From a virus (lineage: Duplodnaviria > Caudoviricetes): a stretch of DNA of 64,000 bases. The notes beneath the pieces are model-generated. The model ran no database searches. It was given only the letters and a program-made list of their open reading frames with translations, and had not been told where the DNA came from. This document shows, piece after piece, positions 1 to 10,439 of this stretch. Made by a program: the position numbers and the translations under genes. Every line of letters starts with the position of its first letter. Within the stretch, counting starts at the first letter, position 1. The DNA lies in IMG/VR virus record IMGVR_UViG_3300009678_001573, positions 1 through 64,000 of that record; one strand, written 5' to 3'.

Positions 1-1026
1 ATGAGCGTATTTAATACTCACGGTGAGTTAAACGCCATCAGTGAACGCGACGCTCTTGCGCAGATTGTTAAGTATGCGTCAATTCTAGAGAGAAACCAGT
101 CCTCGAACTCTGCTTTAGCAGGTTCTCCTTCCTTCACCGAGGAACAAAAGGACGAGTTAATTCGTCGCGCGTTAATGACCACTGAAGGCAAGGTAGCACT
201 AGGACAAGCCATGGCAAATCCTATACGGCGCAACCTTGACTATCAGGGTGTTGGTCGTAGAGTCCTTGTAGTAGATCCTTTACCACAGGGCGCTTTGCCA
301 GTTTATGACCGAGACATTGATGTGTCGGCAGTAGTTGTATCAAGCAATGGTTCTGCTCCAGAATCACGCGTATTTGGTGATCGCGTAACTGTACCAGAGT
401 TCGAAATCGTTTCGAACCCAACAGTTCGCATCTCTGAAGTTAAGAGACGCAGATTCAATGTTATTGACCGTGCTCAGCAAAAAGCACGTCAGGAAATTCA
501 GGCACAAGAAGATGCAAACATCTTTGCGGCGCTTGACTTTGCTGGCGACTTAGCTCTTGGTGGTGAAAACACCGCACAAGACGTAGCTGATGCAGGTCTT
601 TTGAAGCGTGACCTTTCAGAGATCAAAGTTCAAGTTGATCGCTGGGACTTAGTTACTACCAAATTCCTTATGAACATCGTTGAGTTTAACGATATTCTAA
701 ACTGGGGTTCTGGTGGCGGACAAGCTGCAGGCACTGGCGGCGAAGTAGATATGGTAACTCAGCGCGAAATCCTACAGACTGGGCTTTTTGCTCACCTTTG
801 GGGTGCTGATATTATCGTAAGCAAAATGGTCCCAGTTGGGACAATTTTCGGCGTCGCTGATCCTGAATTCGTTGGTGTAATGCCAATTCGTCAGGACATC
901 GAAGTTCTACCAGCTGACGAGCCAAAGCAACTTAAATTGGGTTGGGTTGTCAACGAAATCGTTGGCATCGGAATTGTCAATCCAAGAGGCGTTGCTGTAG
1001 GCCGTAAGAGTGTAGCAGTAGGCTAA
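1..1026 (+). CDS. Major capsid protein (probably HK97 fold)
   Basis: 341 aa. The segments RRNLDYQGVGRRVLVVDPLPQGALPVYDRD, VTVPEFEIVSNPTV, EIQAQEDANIFAAL and LGWVVNEIVGIGIVNPRGV resemble large-phage capsid proteins. It is followed by a strong terminator and lies upstream of neck, terminator and sheath genes. Confidence 0.85.
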   Translation: MSVFNTHGELNAISERDALAQIVKYASILERNQSSNSALAGSPSFTEEQKDELIRRALMTTEGKVALGQAMANPIRRNLDYQGVGRRVLVVDPLPQGALPVYDRDIDVSAVVVSSNGSAPESRVFGDRVTVPEFEIVSNPTVRISEVKRRRFNVIDRAQQKARQEIQAQEDANIFAALDFAGDLALGGENTAQDVADAGLLKRDLSEIKVQVDRWDLVTTKFLMNIVEFNDILNWGSGGGQAAGTGGEVDMVTQREILQTGLFAHLWGADIIVSKMVPVGTIFGVADPEFVGVMPIRQDIEVLPADEPKQLKLGWVVNEIVGIGIVNPRGVAVGRKSVAVG

Positions 1027-1063
1027 TCAACAACTATCTAATTGATAGCATAATAGAGTAATC

Positions 1064-1096
1064 GAAGGGCTGCCACTGTGCAGCCCTTCTTTTTTT
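1064..1096 (+). terminator. Rho-independent terminator after the capsid gene
   Basis: Perfect 10-bp stem GAAGGGCTGC/GCAGCCCTTC with a 6-nt loop, followed by 7 T. Confidence 0.9.
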
Positions 1097-1133
1097 GTAC
1101 TATATGGGGTATAATAATCGTAAGGAGTAAGCT

Positions 1134-1457
1134 ATGTCTAGAAGATACGAGAAAAAATACCGAAAAATAGATAAGAAAAGAGACCGAGTTATACGACAGG
1201 AACATCGCCGGGCTAAAAACTTACAACTAAAATATGGTGTAGGTAATCTATATTTCTATCGAATACACACAAAACGATGTGGTTATGGGTTCTCAACAGA
1301 AAAAAGGGATAATTATCAGCAGGTTCGTACCACTGAAGTGCTCAAAGAATGTTTATTTGGACAAGTTGCTATATTAAATATGGATACAGACACGGCCTAT
1401 GATAGCTTCGAAGACTATAAGAAGGAAAAATTAATAATAAAGTTAGCACAAATTTAG
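1134..1457 (+). CDS. Hypothetical basic protein
   Basis: 107 aa, SD AAGGAG upstream, K/R-rich N-terminus, no recognised family. Confidence 0.6.
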   Translation: MSRRYEKKYRKIDKKRDRVIRQEHRRAKNLQLKYGVGNLYFYRIHTKRCGYGFSTEKRDNYQQVRTTEVLKECLFGQVAILNMDTDTAYDSFEDYKKEKLIIKLAQI

Positions 1458-1465
1458 GAGTTTAT

Positions 1466-1828
1466 ATGACCGAGATAGCAGAAAACCTATATAGATATAA
1501 GGCATTGGTAAAGGCAGTGGTAGATGGCGACACTTTGGATTTAGAAATTGATTTGGGTATGAGTATATTTGTTAGAGAAAGGGTTCGTTTGTCGGGCATT
1601 GATACTCATGAGATTTTTGGTGTTAAGGTAGGTTCAGAGGAATATAAGTTAGGTGTGGCATCTAAAACCCGAGTAGAGGAACTATTAACTGGTAAAATAG
1701 TTTATATAGTAACCATAAAAGACAAAAAAGAAAAATATGGTCGTTACTTGGCAAAGGTCTATCTTGCTGATGGAACTTGTATAAATGACCTATTGCTCGC
1801 AGAGGGATTAGCAAAGCCTTTTATGTAA
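1466..1828 (+). CDS. Thermonuclease (SNase-like) family nuclease
   Basis: VVDGDT, RVRLSGIDTHE and KYGRYLA motifs of the staphylococcal nuclease fold; SD AGGAG. Confidence 0.9.
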   Translation: MTEIAENLYRYKALVKAVVDGDTLDLEIDLGMSIFVRERVRLSGIDTHEIFGVKVGSEEYKLGVASKTRVEELLTGKIVYIVTIKDKKEKYGRYLAKVYLADGTCINDLLLAEGLAKPFM

Positions 1829-1883
1829 AACGCATTATATAGTGGCTTTAAACACACTGTGGCCACCTACCTACAAATCCATA

Positions 1884-1918
1884 AAATATACTAATATTTT
1901 GGCTTAAATTGAACGCTA
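1884..1918 (+). promoter_or_regulatory. Putative late promoter (TACTAATA core), copy 1
   Basis: AAATATACTAATATTTTGGCTTAAATTGAACGCTA is 33/35 identical to 41589..41623. Both copies are intergenic and upstream of structural operons. Confidence 0.65.
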
Positions 1919-1964
1919 TACGTGTGTTTTACGTAGTAGTGTATTCTTTTAATGGGGTTTAATA

Positions 1965-2279
1965 ATGGCAACTAATAGAAGAAAAGACACAAATTTCTTT
2001 CAAAAGCTGGATGTCTCTTCCACTACTTTTGATGAGGAAAATAAGGTTTCGTGGAATTTTAATTCTGTTGGCATAGCTTTAATGGTTGAAAGTAATAATT
2101 CAGAAGATATTGTTCAATATTCTTTTGACGGCGAGACTGTTCATGGAGATATGCGGCCGTTATATCCCAGTGAAGCAATAATCTATGATAACAGAGCTCA
2201 ATCTAAAGTATGGTTCAGACGCGCTACACCAGGTGATCCAGTGATAGTGAGAGTTGAAGCATGGCGTTATGAGGCCTAA
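1965..2279 (+). CDS. Small beta-rich virion (decoration-like) protein
   Basis: 104 aa, paralogous to the C-terminal domain of 14465..15049 (YSFDG..HGDM, YDNR...K.W.RR, VRVEAWR). Confidence 0.6.
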   Translation: MATNRRKDTNFFQKLDVSSTTFDEENKVSWNFNSVGIALMVESNNSEDIVQYSFDGETVHGDMRPLYPSEAIIYDNRAQSKVWFRRATPGDPVIVRVEAWRYEA

Positions 2280-2282
2280 TTT

Positions 2283-2915
2283 ATGAAGAAATGCTCTTAT
2301 TGTCAGAAAATATTAAGTTTGGATAAATTCTATAAAGATAGAAGTTCGCCAGATGGCATTTCATATAAATGCAAAATATGCAATAGAACATCTAAACAAA
2401 CTAAATCTTATAAAGAATATAAAAGTAAAACTGATAAAATATATAGAGAGAAAAATACTGAAAAAATAAAAAGTAAATACAGAGAATATGTTAAAACTAA
2501 TAAAGAGCGGATTAGAGAGTATAAAAAACAATGGTATTTGGAAAATAAACAACATGTTATTAGTAGGGTAAATAAAAGACACAAAGAAAGGTTAAAAATA
2601 GATGTTAATTATAAACTATCAGTGTATTTACGTTGTCGGCTTAATTCTGCATTAAAATACAAAAATAGCAATAAAAATGGCTCCTTTGTTAAAGATTTAG
2701 GATGTTCTATACAGAATCTAAAAGAGTATCTGGAATCCAAGTTTTTACAAGGTATGACATGGGAAAATCATGGTGATTGGCACATAGACCATATTAATCC
2801 GCTTTCTTCGTTTGATTTAACTAACAGAGATGACTTTCTAAAAGCCTGTCACTATACTAACCTCCAACCTCTGTGGGCTTCTGATAATTTAATAAAAGGT
2901 GCCAAGCTGGAGTAA
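2283..2915 (+). CDS. HNH (EndoVII-like) homing endonuclease with N-terminal Zn finger
   Basis: Two CxxC pairs at the N-terminus and the catalytic region MTWENHGDWHIDHINP...CHYTNLQPLWASDNLIKG. Visibly more AT-rich than its neighbours, with only 3-nt gaps on each side. Confidence 0.88.
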   Translation: MKKCSYCQKILSLDKFYKDRSSPDGISYKCKICNRTSKQTKSYKEYKSKTDKIYREKNTEKIKSKYREYVKTNKERIREYKKQWYLENKQHVISRVNKRHKERLKIDVNYKLSVYLRCRLNSALKYKNSNKNGSFVKDLGCSIQNLKEYLESKFLQGMTWENHGDWHIDHINPLSSFDLTNRDDFLKACHYTNLQPLWASDNLIKGAKLE

Positions 2916-2918
2916 TTA

Positions 2919-5900
2919 ATGAGTCATTTTTTTGGAAGGAGATTTGTATCTAGCACCAGTACAGACGGCTATGGTGTATCGGACCACGGCGATCTTACCG
3001 GTCTCTATCCAGATGATGACCATCCACAGTATTTAATCACTACGGCTGTAAGGACTGAAGCCTCACCTACCTCCGGAATCATTAAGACTGATTTAGGCGC
3101 CGGTGATGTATTTTCCCTTACGAATGCTGGTAGTGGCGCTGCCCTATTTATTCGACAAACTGGCAATACCACCAACGCTGATGCCGCGCTTGATATTGAT
3201 AATTCAGACAATTCTGGTAGAGGTTTAAGCGTATTTAGTACCACAGCAGTTCCTCTATTACCGCTTGTTCAATTCTCTGCTCTAGACGAATCTTTTGACG
3301 AACCGGTTTTATTAATTACCCATGCTAATCCGAGTGGTCTTGGCATAAAAGTATTAGGCGATGGTTATTTATCTGGGCATTTGCTTGGTCCGCAGTCAGT
3401 TCAATTCACTAGTCTTAATTATAACCCGGTTGATATAGGCGAAACAGGAATATATGTTGAAGGCGAACCAGGTATATTTTATTTCGTAGATAAAGACGGA
3501 AGAAGATATACATTCGGTGACGTAAATCTATTAGAAGGTGATGGCATTGATATCAGAGATATTGATGGCCTAACTGAAATATCTGTAGATGTAAGCGACC
3601 TATATGGCACTGGACTCGGAACAGAAGTTGGATTTGATGGTTATCTAAATCTACGTCTTGATGCCGACGCCTCAATGATTTCTTATGACGACACAGATAA
3701 TACATTCGTCATAGGCAATACTGTACAAGAAGCTCTAGATGCCATTGATGGTTATTTTCAACGATCTTGTGACATTGTTAGAATACATAAGTTAGGTTCT
3801 GCGGCGGTTGATGCCCCCTTTAATTCTGTATATACACTTGATGGTTATACTTACGATGTAGGACAAAATAAATTAGTTGTTGCTATAAATGGTCTAGTAC
3901 AAAATACACCAACTGACTACGTAGAATTTTCAGAATCAGCTATAGAATTTTCTGATCCATTAGACGATGATGATGAAATAGATATAATTATATTGCCCTG
4001 TGGTATAGGGGCATCTATGACTTCAGGTAGTTCTGGTGGAGCGGACGATACTCTTCAAACAGCTTACGATAATAGTCCTAGTGGTGCTAAAAATATAAAT
4101 GAAAATGATGGGCAAATTACCATCACTCAATTATCTGCATCTGGTTCAGTACTGAGGCTAATAAGCAATTCCTCTCTTACCACAGCCCTAAACGTTGATC
4201 AGGCTGGTAGCGGTACAGGAATCACTGTTAAGTCAGTTGATGAAACGAATTCTAGTTTATTAATACAAAAAGACGCGCCAAGTCGCAATTCAATAAAAAA
4301 TTCTGTAATAGTAGAAAGAACAACCTCTCATGTTTCTGGTGGTTTAACTGGAATTGGTTCTGCCATTCTCACTAGATTAGAAAGCACCGGAACCAACTTA
4401 TTTAGTGCTAGTAGAATAATTACAGGAACAGAAAGTGCAGCAGATTCCATTGAGGACACTTTTCTAGCAGTAGAGCTTTCTAACGATGGCATTCTACAGG
4501 AAAACTTACGACTCACTTCTATCGGTAATCTGGGATTGGGAACCACCTCGCCTAATGATTTTAAATTACAAGTCGCCGGAAATGTTGGCCCGGACTCAGA
4601 TAATATATTTGATTTAGGATCTTCTTCTTTAAGATGGAAAGATGGATATTTTGGGCCAGGCAGCATTCATATAGGAACTGGTAGGGTATTTGTAAGTGAA
4701 GAAGATAATGAACTTTATTTCAGACAAAATAATACTTCATTTAATTTACTTAGTCCAACAAGATTGTTAGAATTTGAAATAGATAGTTCTACATTGGAAG
4801 ATGGCTATGCGCTAACATTTAATGCGACCACTAACACATTAGAATTTAAAGATCCTACTGAGGGATTTTCTATAGATATTCCAGATCCATTTACTCCTAT
4901 AGATGGAACTTGGAATGTTGTAGGTAATATTTCTGTTCGCGGCTCTAGTGGTGGCACAAGTAGCGAACAATTTGGTGAAGGAGCCTTGGCTGCCGGCACA
5001 CTTTCAGTTGCCGTGGGGGCTTTAGCGTCTGCATCGGCAGATAATACTACTGTTGTAGGTTATGATGCGGAAGCAACAAGTTCTGGATCAGTTGCTATTG
5101 GACGAATAGCACAGGCGAGTGGTTTTGGGAATATAGCCGTAGGCCAAGCGGCTCGTGCTGGTGGAAATGGTGGTACGGCCGTGGGTGATAATGCTAATGC
5201 CGGATTTACAAATACCGGCTCAACCCCATTTGGTGTTTCTACTGCGATAGGCGGTAATGCTATAGCTACTGGCGGCCAAAGTGTTGCAATTGGACAATCT
5301 TCTTCAGCCACTGGACAGGGAGGCGTAGCGATAGGACGTGGGACCTCATCAGGAACCGGAGATTTTAATACTGCAGTAGGTCGCGCATCAAGGACCAACA
5401 CTTCTGGTGTGGCAAGGGCAAGCGTTTTTGGGTTTTTGTCTGTATCTGATTCGTCTGACGGCATATCTATAGGTGCCAACTCTTCTGTTGGCACTACAGC
5501 TATCGGTAGTATTGCCATTGGTAGTGGTACCACAGTTGGTAATGGCGGCGCAGGATCTATTGCTATAGGATTTGGTGCCACAACAAATACATTTGCTAAT
5601 GCCTTAGCCTTAGGTAATGGGGCTCAGGCATTTAGCAATAATCAGGGCACTATAGGACTACCAAATATTCCTATTGATTTATTAATTTTTGGAAATTTGG
5701 GGTTAGGTATTTCTCCTGTAGCAGTACAAACTTTTAAATTAGAGATAGCAGGAGGTGTAGGCCCCAATGTAGATGATGCCTATGGTATTGGTTCACCAAG
5801 TAATAGATGGCGTGATGGGTATTTTTCTAACGATTTGTATGTATCAAGCAAAGTACGATCAGGAATTAATAAAATATATGCTTCTATAAATATTCCAATA

Positions 5901-6026
5901 TTATCGGCCGATCCTCTGATTTTTGACGATGGGGATATATGGATAACTGATATAGAAGATGTAAAGAAAATTAAAGTAAGAATAGGCGAATCTACCTATT
6001 CTACAACATTAACATTGGAGATTTAA
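2919..6026 (+). CDS. Virion fibre/adhesin protein with YadA-like head repeat block
   Basis: 1035 aa. DHGDLTGL..DDHPQY and TVQEALDAI fibre motifs, DLGSSSLRW connectors, and (S/T)(V/T)A(I/V)G..A.A repeats at about 4960-5680. 8 DGY. Confidence 0.75.
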   Translation: MSHFFGRRFVSSTSTDGYGVSDHGDLTGLYPDDDHPQYLITTAVRTEASPTSGIIKTDLGAGDVFSLTNAGSGAALFIRQTGNTTNADAALDIDNSDNSGRGLSVFSTTAVPLLPLVQFSALDESFDEPVLLITHANPSGLGIKVLGDGYLSGHLLGPQSVQFTSLNYNPVDIGETGIYVEGEPGIFYFVDKDGRRYTFGDVNLLEGDGIDIRDIDGLTEISVDVSDLYGTGLGTEVGFDGYLNLRLDADASMISYDDTDNTFVIGNTVQEALDAIDGYFQRSCDIVRIHKLGSAAVDAPFNSVYTLDGYTYDVGQNKLVVAINGLVQNTPTDYVEFSESAIEFSDPLDDDDEIDIIILPCGIGASMTSGSSGGADDTLQTAYDNSPSGAKNINENDGQITITQLSASGSVLRLISNSSLTTALNVDQAGSGTGITVKSVDETNSSLLIQKDAPSRNSIKNSVIVERTTSHVSGGLTGIGSAILTRLESTGTNLFSASRIITGTESAADSIEDTFLAVELSNDGILQENLRLTSIGNLGLGTTSPNDFKLQVAGNVGPDSDNIFDLGSSSLRWKDGYFGPGSIHIGTGRVFVSEEDNELYFRQNNTSFNLLSPTRLLEFEIDSSTLEDGYALTFNATTNTLEFKDPTEGFSIDIPDPFTPIDGTWNVVGNISVRGSSGGTSSEQFGEGALAAGTLSVAVGALASASADNTTVVGYDAEATSSGSVAIGRIAQASGFGNIAVGQAARAGGNGGTAVGDNANAGFTNTGSTPFGVSTAIGGNAIATGGQSVAIGQSSSATGQGGVAIGRGTSSGTGDFNTAVGRASRTNTSGVARASVFGFLSVSDSSDGISIGANSSVGTTAIGSIAIGSGTTVGNGGAGSIAIGFGATTNTFANALALGNGAQAFSNNQGTIGLPNIPIDLLIFGNLGLGISPVAVQTFKLEIAGGVGPNVDDAYGIGSPSNRWRDGYFSNDLYVSSKVRSGINKIYASINIPILSADPLIFDDGDIWITDIEDVKKIKVRIGESTYSTTLTLEI

Positions 6027-6027
6027 T

Positions 6028-6243
6028 ATGGCAAAAGAATTAGATTGGGTATCATTTAATTTCAATGGTACAGAGGGAGCAGATACTGGTGTGACTCTTA
6101 CAGCCTGTATTTGTGATTCAGTAGATGATAGTATGAAAAAAACAGTTACCATGGCATGTGCTTTACCTACCGAAGGTCAGGCCTACGATGTTTGGCGTAC
6201 TGCCCAGATCGATGCCCTTAAAACGGCAGAAGGTATTTCTTAA
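6028..6243 (+). CDS. Small hypothetical protein (possible fibre assembly factor)
   Basis: 71 aa, SD GGAG, starts 1 nt after the fibre gene stop. Function inferred from position only. Confidence 0.5.
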   Translation: MAKELDWVSFNFNGTEGADTGVTLTACICDSVDDSMKKTVTMACALPTEGQAYDVWRTAQIDALKTAEGIS

Positions 6244-6280
6244 AAATAGCCGAAATAAGTAATATTTACGGCATTTAATC

Positions 6281-6300
6281 TATTAATATTCCATAGTATA
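6281..6300 (+). promoter_or_regulatory. Putative late promoter (TATTAATA variant)
   Basis: CTATTAATATTCCATAGTATAGTA in an intergenic gap; resembles the 18514 and 63092 copies. Confidence 0.45.
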
Positions 6301-6330
6301 GTAAGAGCTGTGGTGTAGGATTTCGTGAGA

Positions 6331-7272
6331 ATGGCTACCACACAACCAACATCCCGACAGTTAAAAGGACATTTTAATGCCCTTAGAGCTACCAAATCGC
6401 ATTCTCTTGCACAAACTATCGATATTGCTGCGGGAAATTACGGTTCTGGCAAGACTTTTAATGGCATAGTTGATATTTCCCATCCTTCTTGGATTGGGGC
6501 TACGGATGCCTTTTATATATACATAGATCAGAATGAAGACCTGATTTTAGAGAATAATGTTGGTTTTCCACCCATTTCAACTAGAATAGCTAAAGTTATT
6601 ATAGATTCTGGTAATATAGTTGAAATCATTGATGAAAGATCAGAAGTAAATGGTATTACAGATGGCTATGAAGTAGCCTTTGATGATACCAGCACTAATA
6701 TAGCTGTAGGCCCATCTGTTCAAAGTGCTATTGAAGCGCTAGATGCTTATGTATCGTCTATAGGTACATCAGTCGCCTCAAACATTCAAAAATACTTAGA
6801 TTTTGATATCGAAGGCGGCTCAAGAAATGGGCAAGTTAATTCTGGGCAGGTATCTAATAATCCTGTATTAGAACTTCCGGAAGCTGTTTCGGGAGTAGCC
6901 AGAATTCGATACTCGGCATCAATTCCTAAAGATTATGTTATTGGAACTGATATAGTTATTAGAACTTTTTGGTCCCCAGATAATACTAATACAGGTGATG
7001 TTGCCTGGAGACTTAGATATAGACTTATTGATAGTGATGCGGAAAATATAGATAATCCATTCACTACCGTAAGTTATTTGCAAGCAGCGCCAGGAATAGC
7101 TAATAGGCTAACAAATACTGGTGATAATTTATTAATATCAGCGGCAGATATAAGTCCGAACGATATACTAATAATAAATATAGAACGAGAATATATAGTT
7201 ACAGATACATATGATTCGACTGTTAGAGTCCATTTGATTAGAATGGAATATATGGGAAGAGGAGTCACTTAA
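6331..7272 (+). CDS. Virion structural protein with C-terminal beta-sandwich domain
   Basis: SVQSAIEALDAY motif. The C-terminal domain (WSP.N.NTGDVAWRL.Y ... AADIS ... VHL) is paralogous to the C-terminus of 7288..10395. ATG 6331 chosen over GTG 6325. Confidence 0.6.
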   Translation: MATTQPTSRQLKGHFNALRATKSHSLAQTIDIAAGNYGSGKTFNGIVDISHPSWIGATDAFYIYIDQNEDLILENNVGFPPISTRIAKVIIDSGNIVEIIDERSEVNGITDGYEVAFDDTSTNIAVGPSVQSAIEALDAYVSSIGTSVASNIQKYLDFDIEGGSRNGQVNSGQVSNNPVLELPEAVSGVARIRYSASIPKDYVIGTDIVIRTFWSPDNTNTGDVAWRLRYRLIDSDAENIDNPFTTVSYLQAAPGIANRLTNTGDNLLISAADISPNDILIINIEREYIVTDTYDSTVRVHLIRMEYMGRGVT

Positions 7273-7287
7273 TCGGAGGATTAGTAC

Positions 7288-10200
7288 ATGGCATTTAATT
7301 TGGAAAATGCGGTTCAGCAAGGCTTTAACCGTGACGTTGATAGTAATGACTATAATGTTAAGGCACAAAACCTTGAGGTTGTCCTTGGTGATGCTGGGGG
7401 CGGAACTGAATTTAGAATTTTAGATTCAGATAATGTCGCAATCGCGGTTGCTGACTCCGACGGCTATTTATCGATTGCCGGGCAGGCGGAGGTTCATGGT
7501 GGCCACATATTGGTACAGGCAGATGTTCTAACCAATAACGAATTTATTACCCTCCAGGATCAAACAGGTTCTGCGGGCATTTATTTGTTTGACGCAAATC
7601 CTGATGGTGCCTACACGGCTAATAAAGGTTCTTTTGGTACCAGCTATAGTGATGGTTACTTCTATGTAAATTTCGATGGCTTGATGCAATGGGAAAGAAT
7701 TGCTCTTGCTTCTCAGGTTCCTGCATTAGCTAATGCAAGCAACACCCTACACTCAGTATATAAGAATGATTTGGATGGTGGTGATGCAACTATTACAACC
7801 GATGCAACTGATGGTGATGTAATAATTGCTGGTACAGAACAATTGAGAGTTACAGCTAGCGGTGGTTTTGACGTAAATACCACTGGCAGCTTTAGTTTAG
7901 ATGCTGACACTGATTCCAGCTTAAATGCAACAAACGGCAATCTTACCTTATCTACTACATCTACTGGTGATGTAATAGTTATCGTTCCAAATACCGGTGG
8001 AGATTTCGTAGTTCAAGAAGCCTCTGGTGTCGAATATCTCAGAGCAGAAACTGTATCCAAGGAAATGAGACTTGGTAGTATAGCTACTCCAATATTAGTT
8101 AGAGTACTAGACGATTTGGTGGTTGATGGTGATTTCACCGTTAATGGTAACACTACTTTCGTAAATACTGAAGACCTCTATGTTGAAGACCGTATGGTGC
8201 GTTTAAATGTTGGTGCTGCACCTTCATTCTCTGGCACAACCGGTATTGAAGCCGAAGTTGGATCAGATGGATATGTAGAATTACATTGGGACGATGCTGA
8301 CGGTCGTTGGGAGATTGGTATTGACCGAAGTGTAACTCCAGAAGGACAAACTTTCAGACCACTTCCTTACTTGGCTGCAAATCCAGCTATTCTAGATTTA
8401 AGTTCAACTGGCGACGATGGTTTCCCAACTGCGGGACCAAATGTAACCGGTGCCTCTATTATTAATACTAACTTCACTAACTTCCCATATTCCTTCGGGG
8501 ATTATATGGCTGACGACTCTGTTCAATCAGCATTGGAAGCTATTGATGCTTACTTTATTGACTTAGCAAGCTTCATAGATACATCTAATAATACTACCCT
8601 ACATCAAGCATATAAGAACGATGATGATGGCGGTGATGCGGTAATTACAACTGACGCGACAGATGGTGCTGTTGTAATCGCAGGTACTGAGAAATTGCAA
8701 GTAACGGCAACTGGCGGCATTGATTTAGATACTGTCTTTGATATGGATGGCTCAACATTTGATGTTGATTTGTCCGGCGCCGCTACTATAGACGCTGCTG
8801 CTGCATCTAACTTTACAGTTGCGGGCGCAGATCTTACTTTAAGCACCACTACTTCTGGCGATGTAAATGTTGTCGCCGCAAGTGATGTAGATATAGATGG
8901 GACCAATGTATTAGTTGATGCTACTGCGGCAATTTCGTTAGATGCTGGTGCTGCTTCAAACTTTACAACCGCCGCAGGTGCTTTAACTCTAGATGGCGCT
9001 GGTGGAATTGTTCTAGATGGTAATGGTTCTAATGTACGTCCTGCTGTAGATGATACCGATTCACTTGGTACCGCATCGTTTGGTTGGACAAACGTTTATA
9101 TGAGAAGCGTTACAGACACCTTAACCGTGGGGTTGAGTGATGCTGGTAGCCCTCTAGTTCATAATGCATCCTCTGGCGCCGAAGCTATAGGAACCAATCC
9201 AACCAACTTTAATGTTTTTGGATCATTCATGCCTACTAGCTCCGTGCAGTCTGCTCTTGAAGCAATTGACGGTTACTTAGCTAGCATTAATTCAGATTCT
9301 GTTACCCTCCATTCTGCATACAAGAATGATATAGATGGTGGTGATGCGATTATTACTACAGATACCCTTGATGGTTCCGTAGTAATTGCTGGTACCGAAA
9401 GCTTATGGGTAACTGCTGCTGGTGGTATCAATCTTGATTCAGGATTTGATATGGACGCCACTTCATCATTTGATGTTGAGGTAACTGGTGCTGGATTTAG
9501 TTTAGATGCATACAGTGCTAACTCAAATATCAGTGTGAGTGGTGCTGACTTAGTTGTAGAAACAACCACTTCAGGTATCCTAACTCTAACTGGTGCTACT
9601 GGCGTAGTAATTGATGGTACGGGCGACAATGTTCGTCCGGCTGGTAACGGTACTGATACACTTGGTACTTCAGGATTTGGTTGGGCTGATATCTATTTAA
9701 GAAACGTGCCCAATACTGCAACTGTAGCTCTACGTGGTGCTGGTGATGCTTCGGCTCCAAATACAACTTCAGGTGCGCATGCAGTTGGTACTAATGCAAG
9801 TAACTACTTAACCTTCGGCGCTGACATGACAGATCAAACTGTTCAGGCTGCCCTTGAAGCAATTGACGGTTACTTAGCAACCTTTAGTTTGAATGATTTT
9901 GATACTGTTTATACTCGTAAGGATTGGTTTGATATCAATGGTGCAGTGTTGAATGGTAACGTTCAATTGGCTTCATTAGCTGGTACACCCACCTTAAGAT
10001 TTATCGAAGGTGCTACAGCTCGTGCCGGTTGGACTATGCCAGTTCCTTCAGATTGGGACGGAACAAGTGATATTAATGTGAATGTCATTTGGTCCCCTTC
10101 AAGCAATAATACTGGTGACGTTGCCTGGAGACTTGAATACAAGACATTGTCTCTAACTGAAGCCGCAAATGGCGCAACTACCGATGTGGATTATGATCAG

Positions 10201-10395
10201 GCTGGTAACGGTACTGCCGATACTCTACAAAGCACAGGTTTAAACTTAGTAATAGCTGCGGCAGATATCTCAGTAAGTGATGTCTTAATCGTAGTTAACT
10301 TGGTGCGAAGAGGTGCAGCTGGTGCAGATACCTTTACTGGAAATGCTCAAGTGCATCTGGTGCAATTCAGCTACAGTGCCCAGAATATAGTGTAA
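7288..10395 (+). CDS. Virion fibre protein with three internal repeats
   Basis: 1035 aa, SD GGAGG. The motif GDFTVNGNTTFVNTEDLYVEDRMVRLN is typical of phage fibres. Three copies each of TLH..YKND.DGGDA.ITTD..DG.V.IAGTE and VQ.ALEAID[GA]Y. Confidence 0.7.
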   Translation: MAFNLENAVQQGFNRDVDSNDYNVKAQNLEVVLGDAGGGTEFRILDSDNVAIAVADSDGYLSIAGQAEVHGGHILVQADVLTNNEFITLQDQTGSAGIYLFDANPDGAYTANKGSFGTSYSDGYFYVNFDGLMQWERIALASQVPALANASNTLHSVYKNDLDGGDATITTDATDGDVIIAGTEQLRVTASGGFDVNTTGSFSLDADTDSSLNATNGNLTLSTTSTGDVIVIVPNTGGDFVVQEASGVEYLRAETVSKEMRLGSIATPILVRVLDDLVVDGDFTVNGNTTFVNTEDLYVEDRMVRLNVGAAPSFSGTTGIEAEVGSDGYVELHWDDADGRWEIGIDRSVTPEGQTFRPLPYLAANPAILDLSSTGDDGFPTAGPNVTGASIINTNFTNFPYSFGDYMADDSVQSALEAIDAYFIDLASFIDTSNNTTLHQAYKNDDDGGDAVITTDATDGAVVIAGTEKLQVTATGGIDLDTVFDMDGSTFDVDLSGAATIDAAAASNFTVAGADLTLSTTTSGDVNVVAASDVDIDGTNVLVDATAAISLDAGAASNFTTAAGALTLDGAGGIVLDGNGSNVRPAVDDTDSLGTASFGWTNVYMRSVTDTLTVGLSDAGSPLVHNASSGAEAIGTNPTNFNVFGSFMPTSSVQSALEAIDGYLASINSDSVTLHSAYKNDIDGGDAIITTDTLDGSVVIAGTESLWVTAAGGINLDSGFDMDATSSFDVEVTGAGFSLDAYSANSNISVSGADLVVETTTSGILTLTGATGVVIDGTGDNVRPAGNGTDTLGTSGFGWADIYLRNVPNTATVALRGAGDASAPNTTSGAHAVGTNASNYLTFGADMTDQTVQAALEAIDGYLATFSLNDFDTVYTRKDWFDINGAVLNGNVQLASLAGTPTLRFIEGATARAGWTMPVPSDWDGTSDINVNVIWSPSSNNTGDVAWRLEYKTLSLTEAANGATTDVDYDQAGNGTADTLQSTGLNLVIAAADISVSDVLIVVNLVRRGAAGADTFTGNAQVHLVQFSYSAQNIV
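7744..9430 (+). repeat. Three dispersed copies of a ~40-aa module (starting about 7744, 8596, 9304)
   Basis: TLHSVYKNDLDGGDATITTDATDG / TLHQAYKNDDDGGDAVITTDATDG / TLHSAYKNDIDGGDAIITTDTLDG. Confidence 0.85.
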
Positions 10396-10439
10396 GGCTC
10401 AAGTAATTCAGAGGTAAGCTAATCTAAATTTACCGAGAG

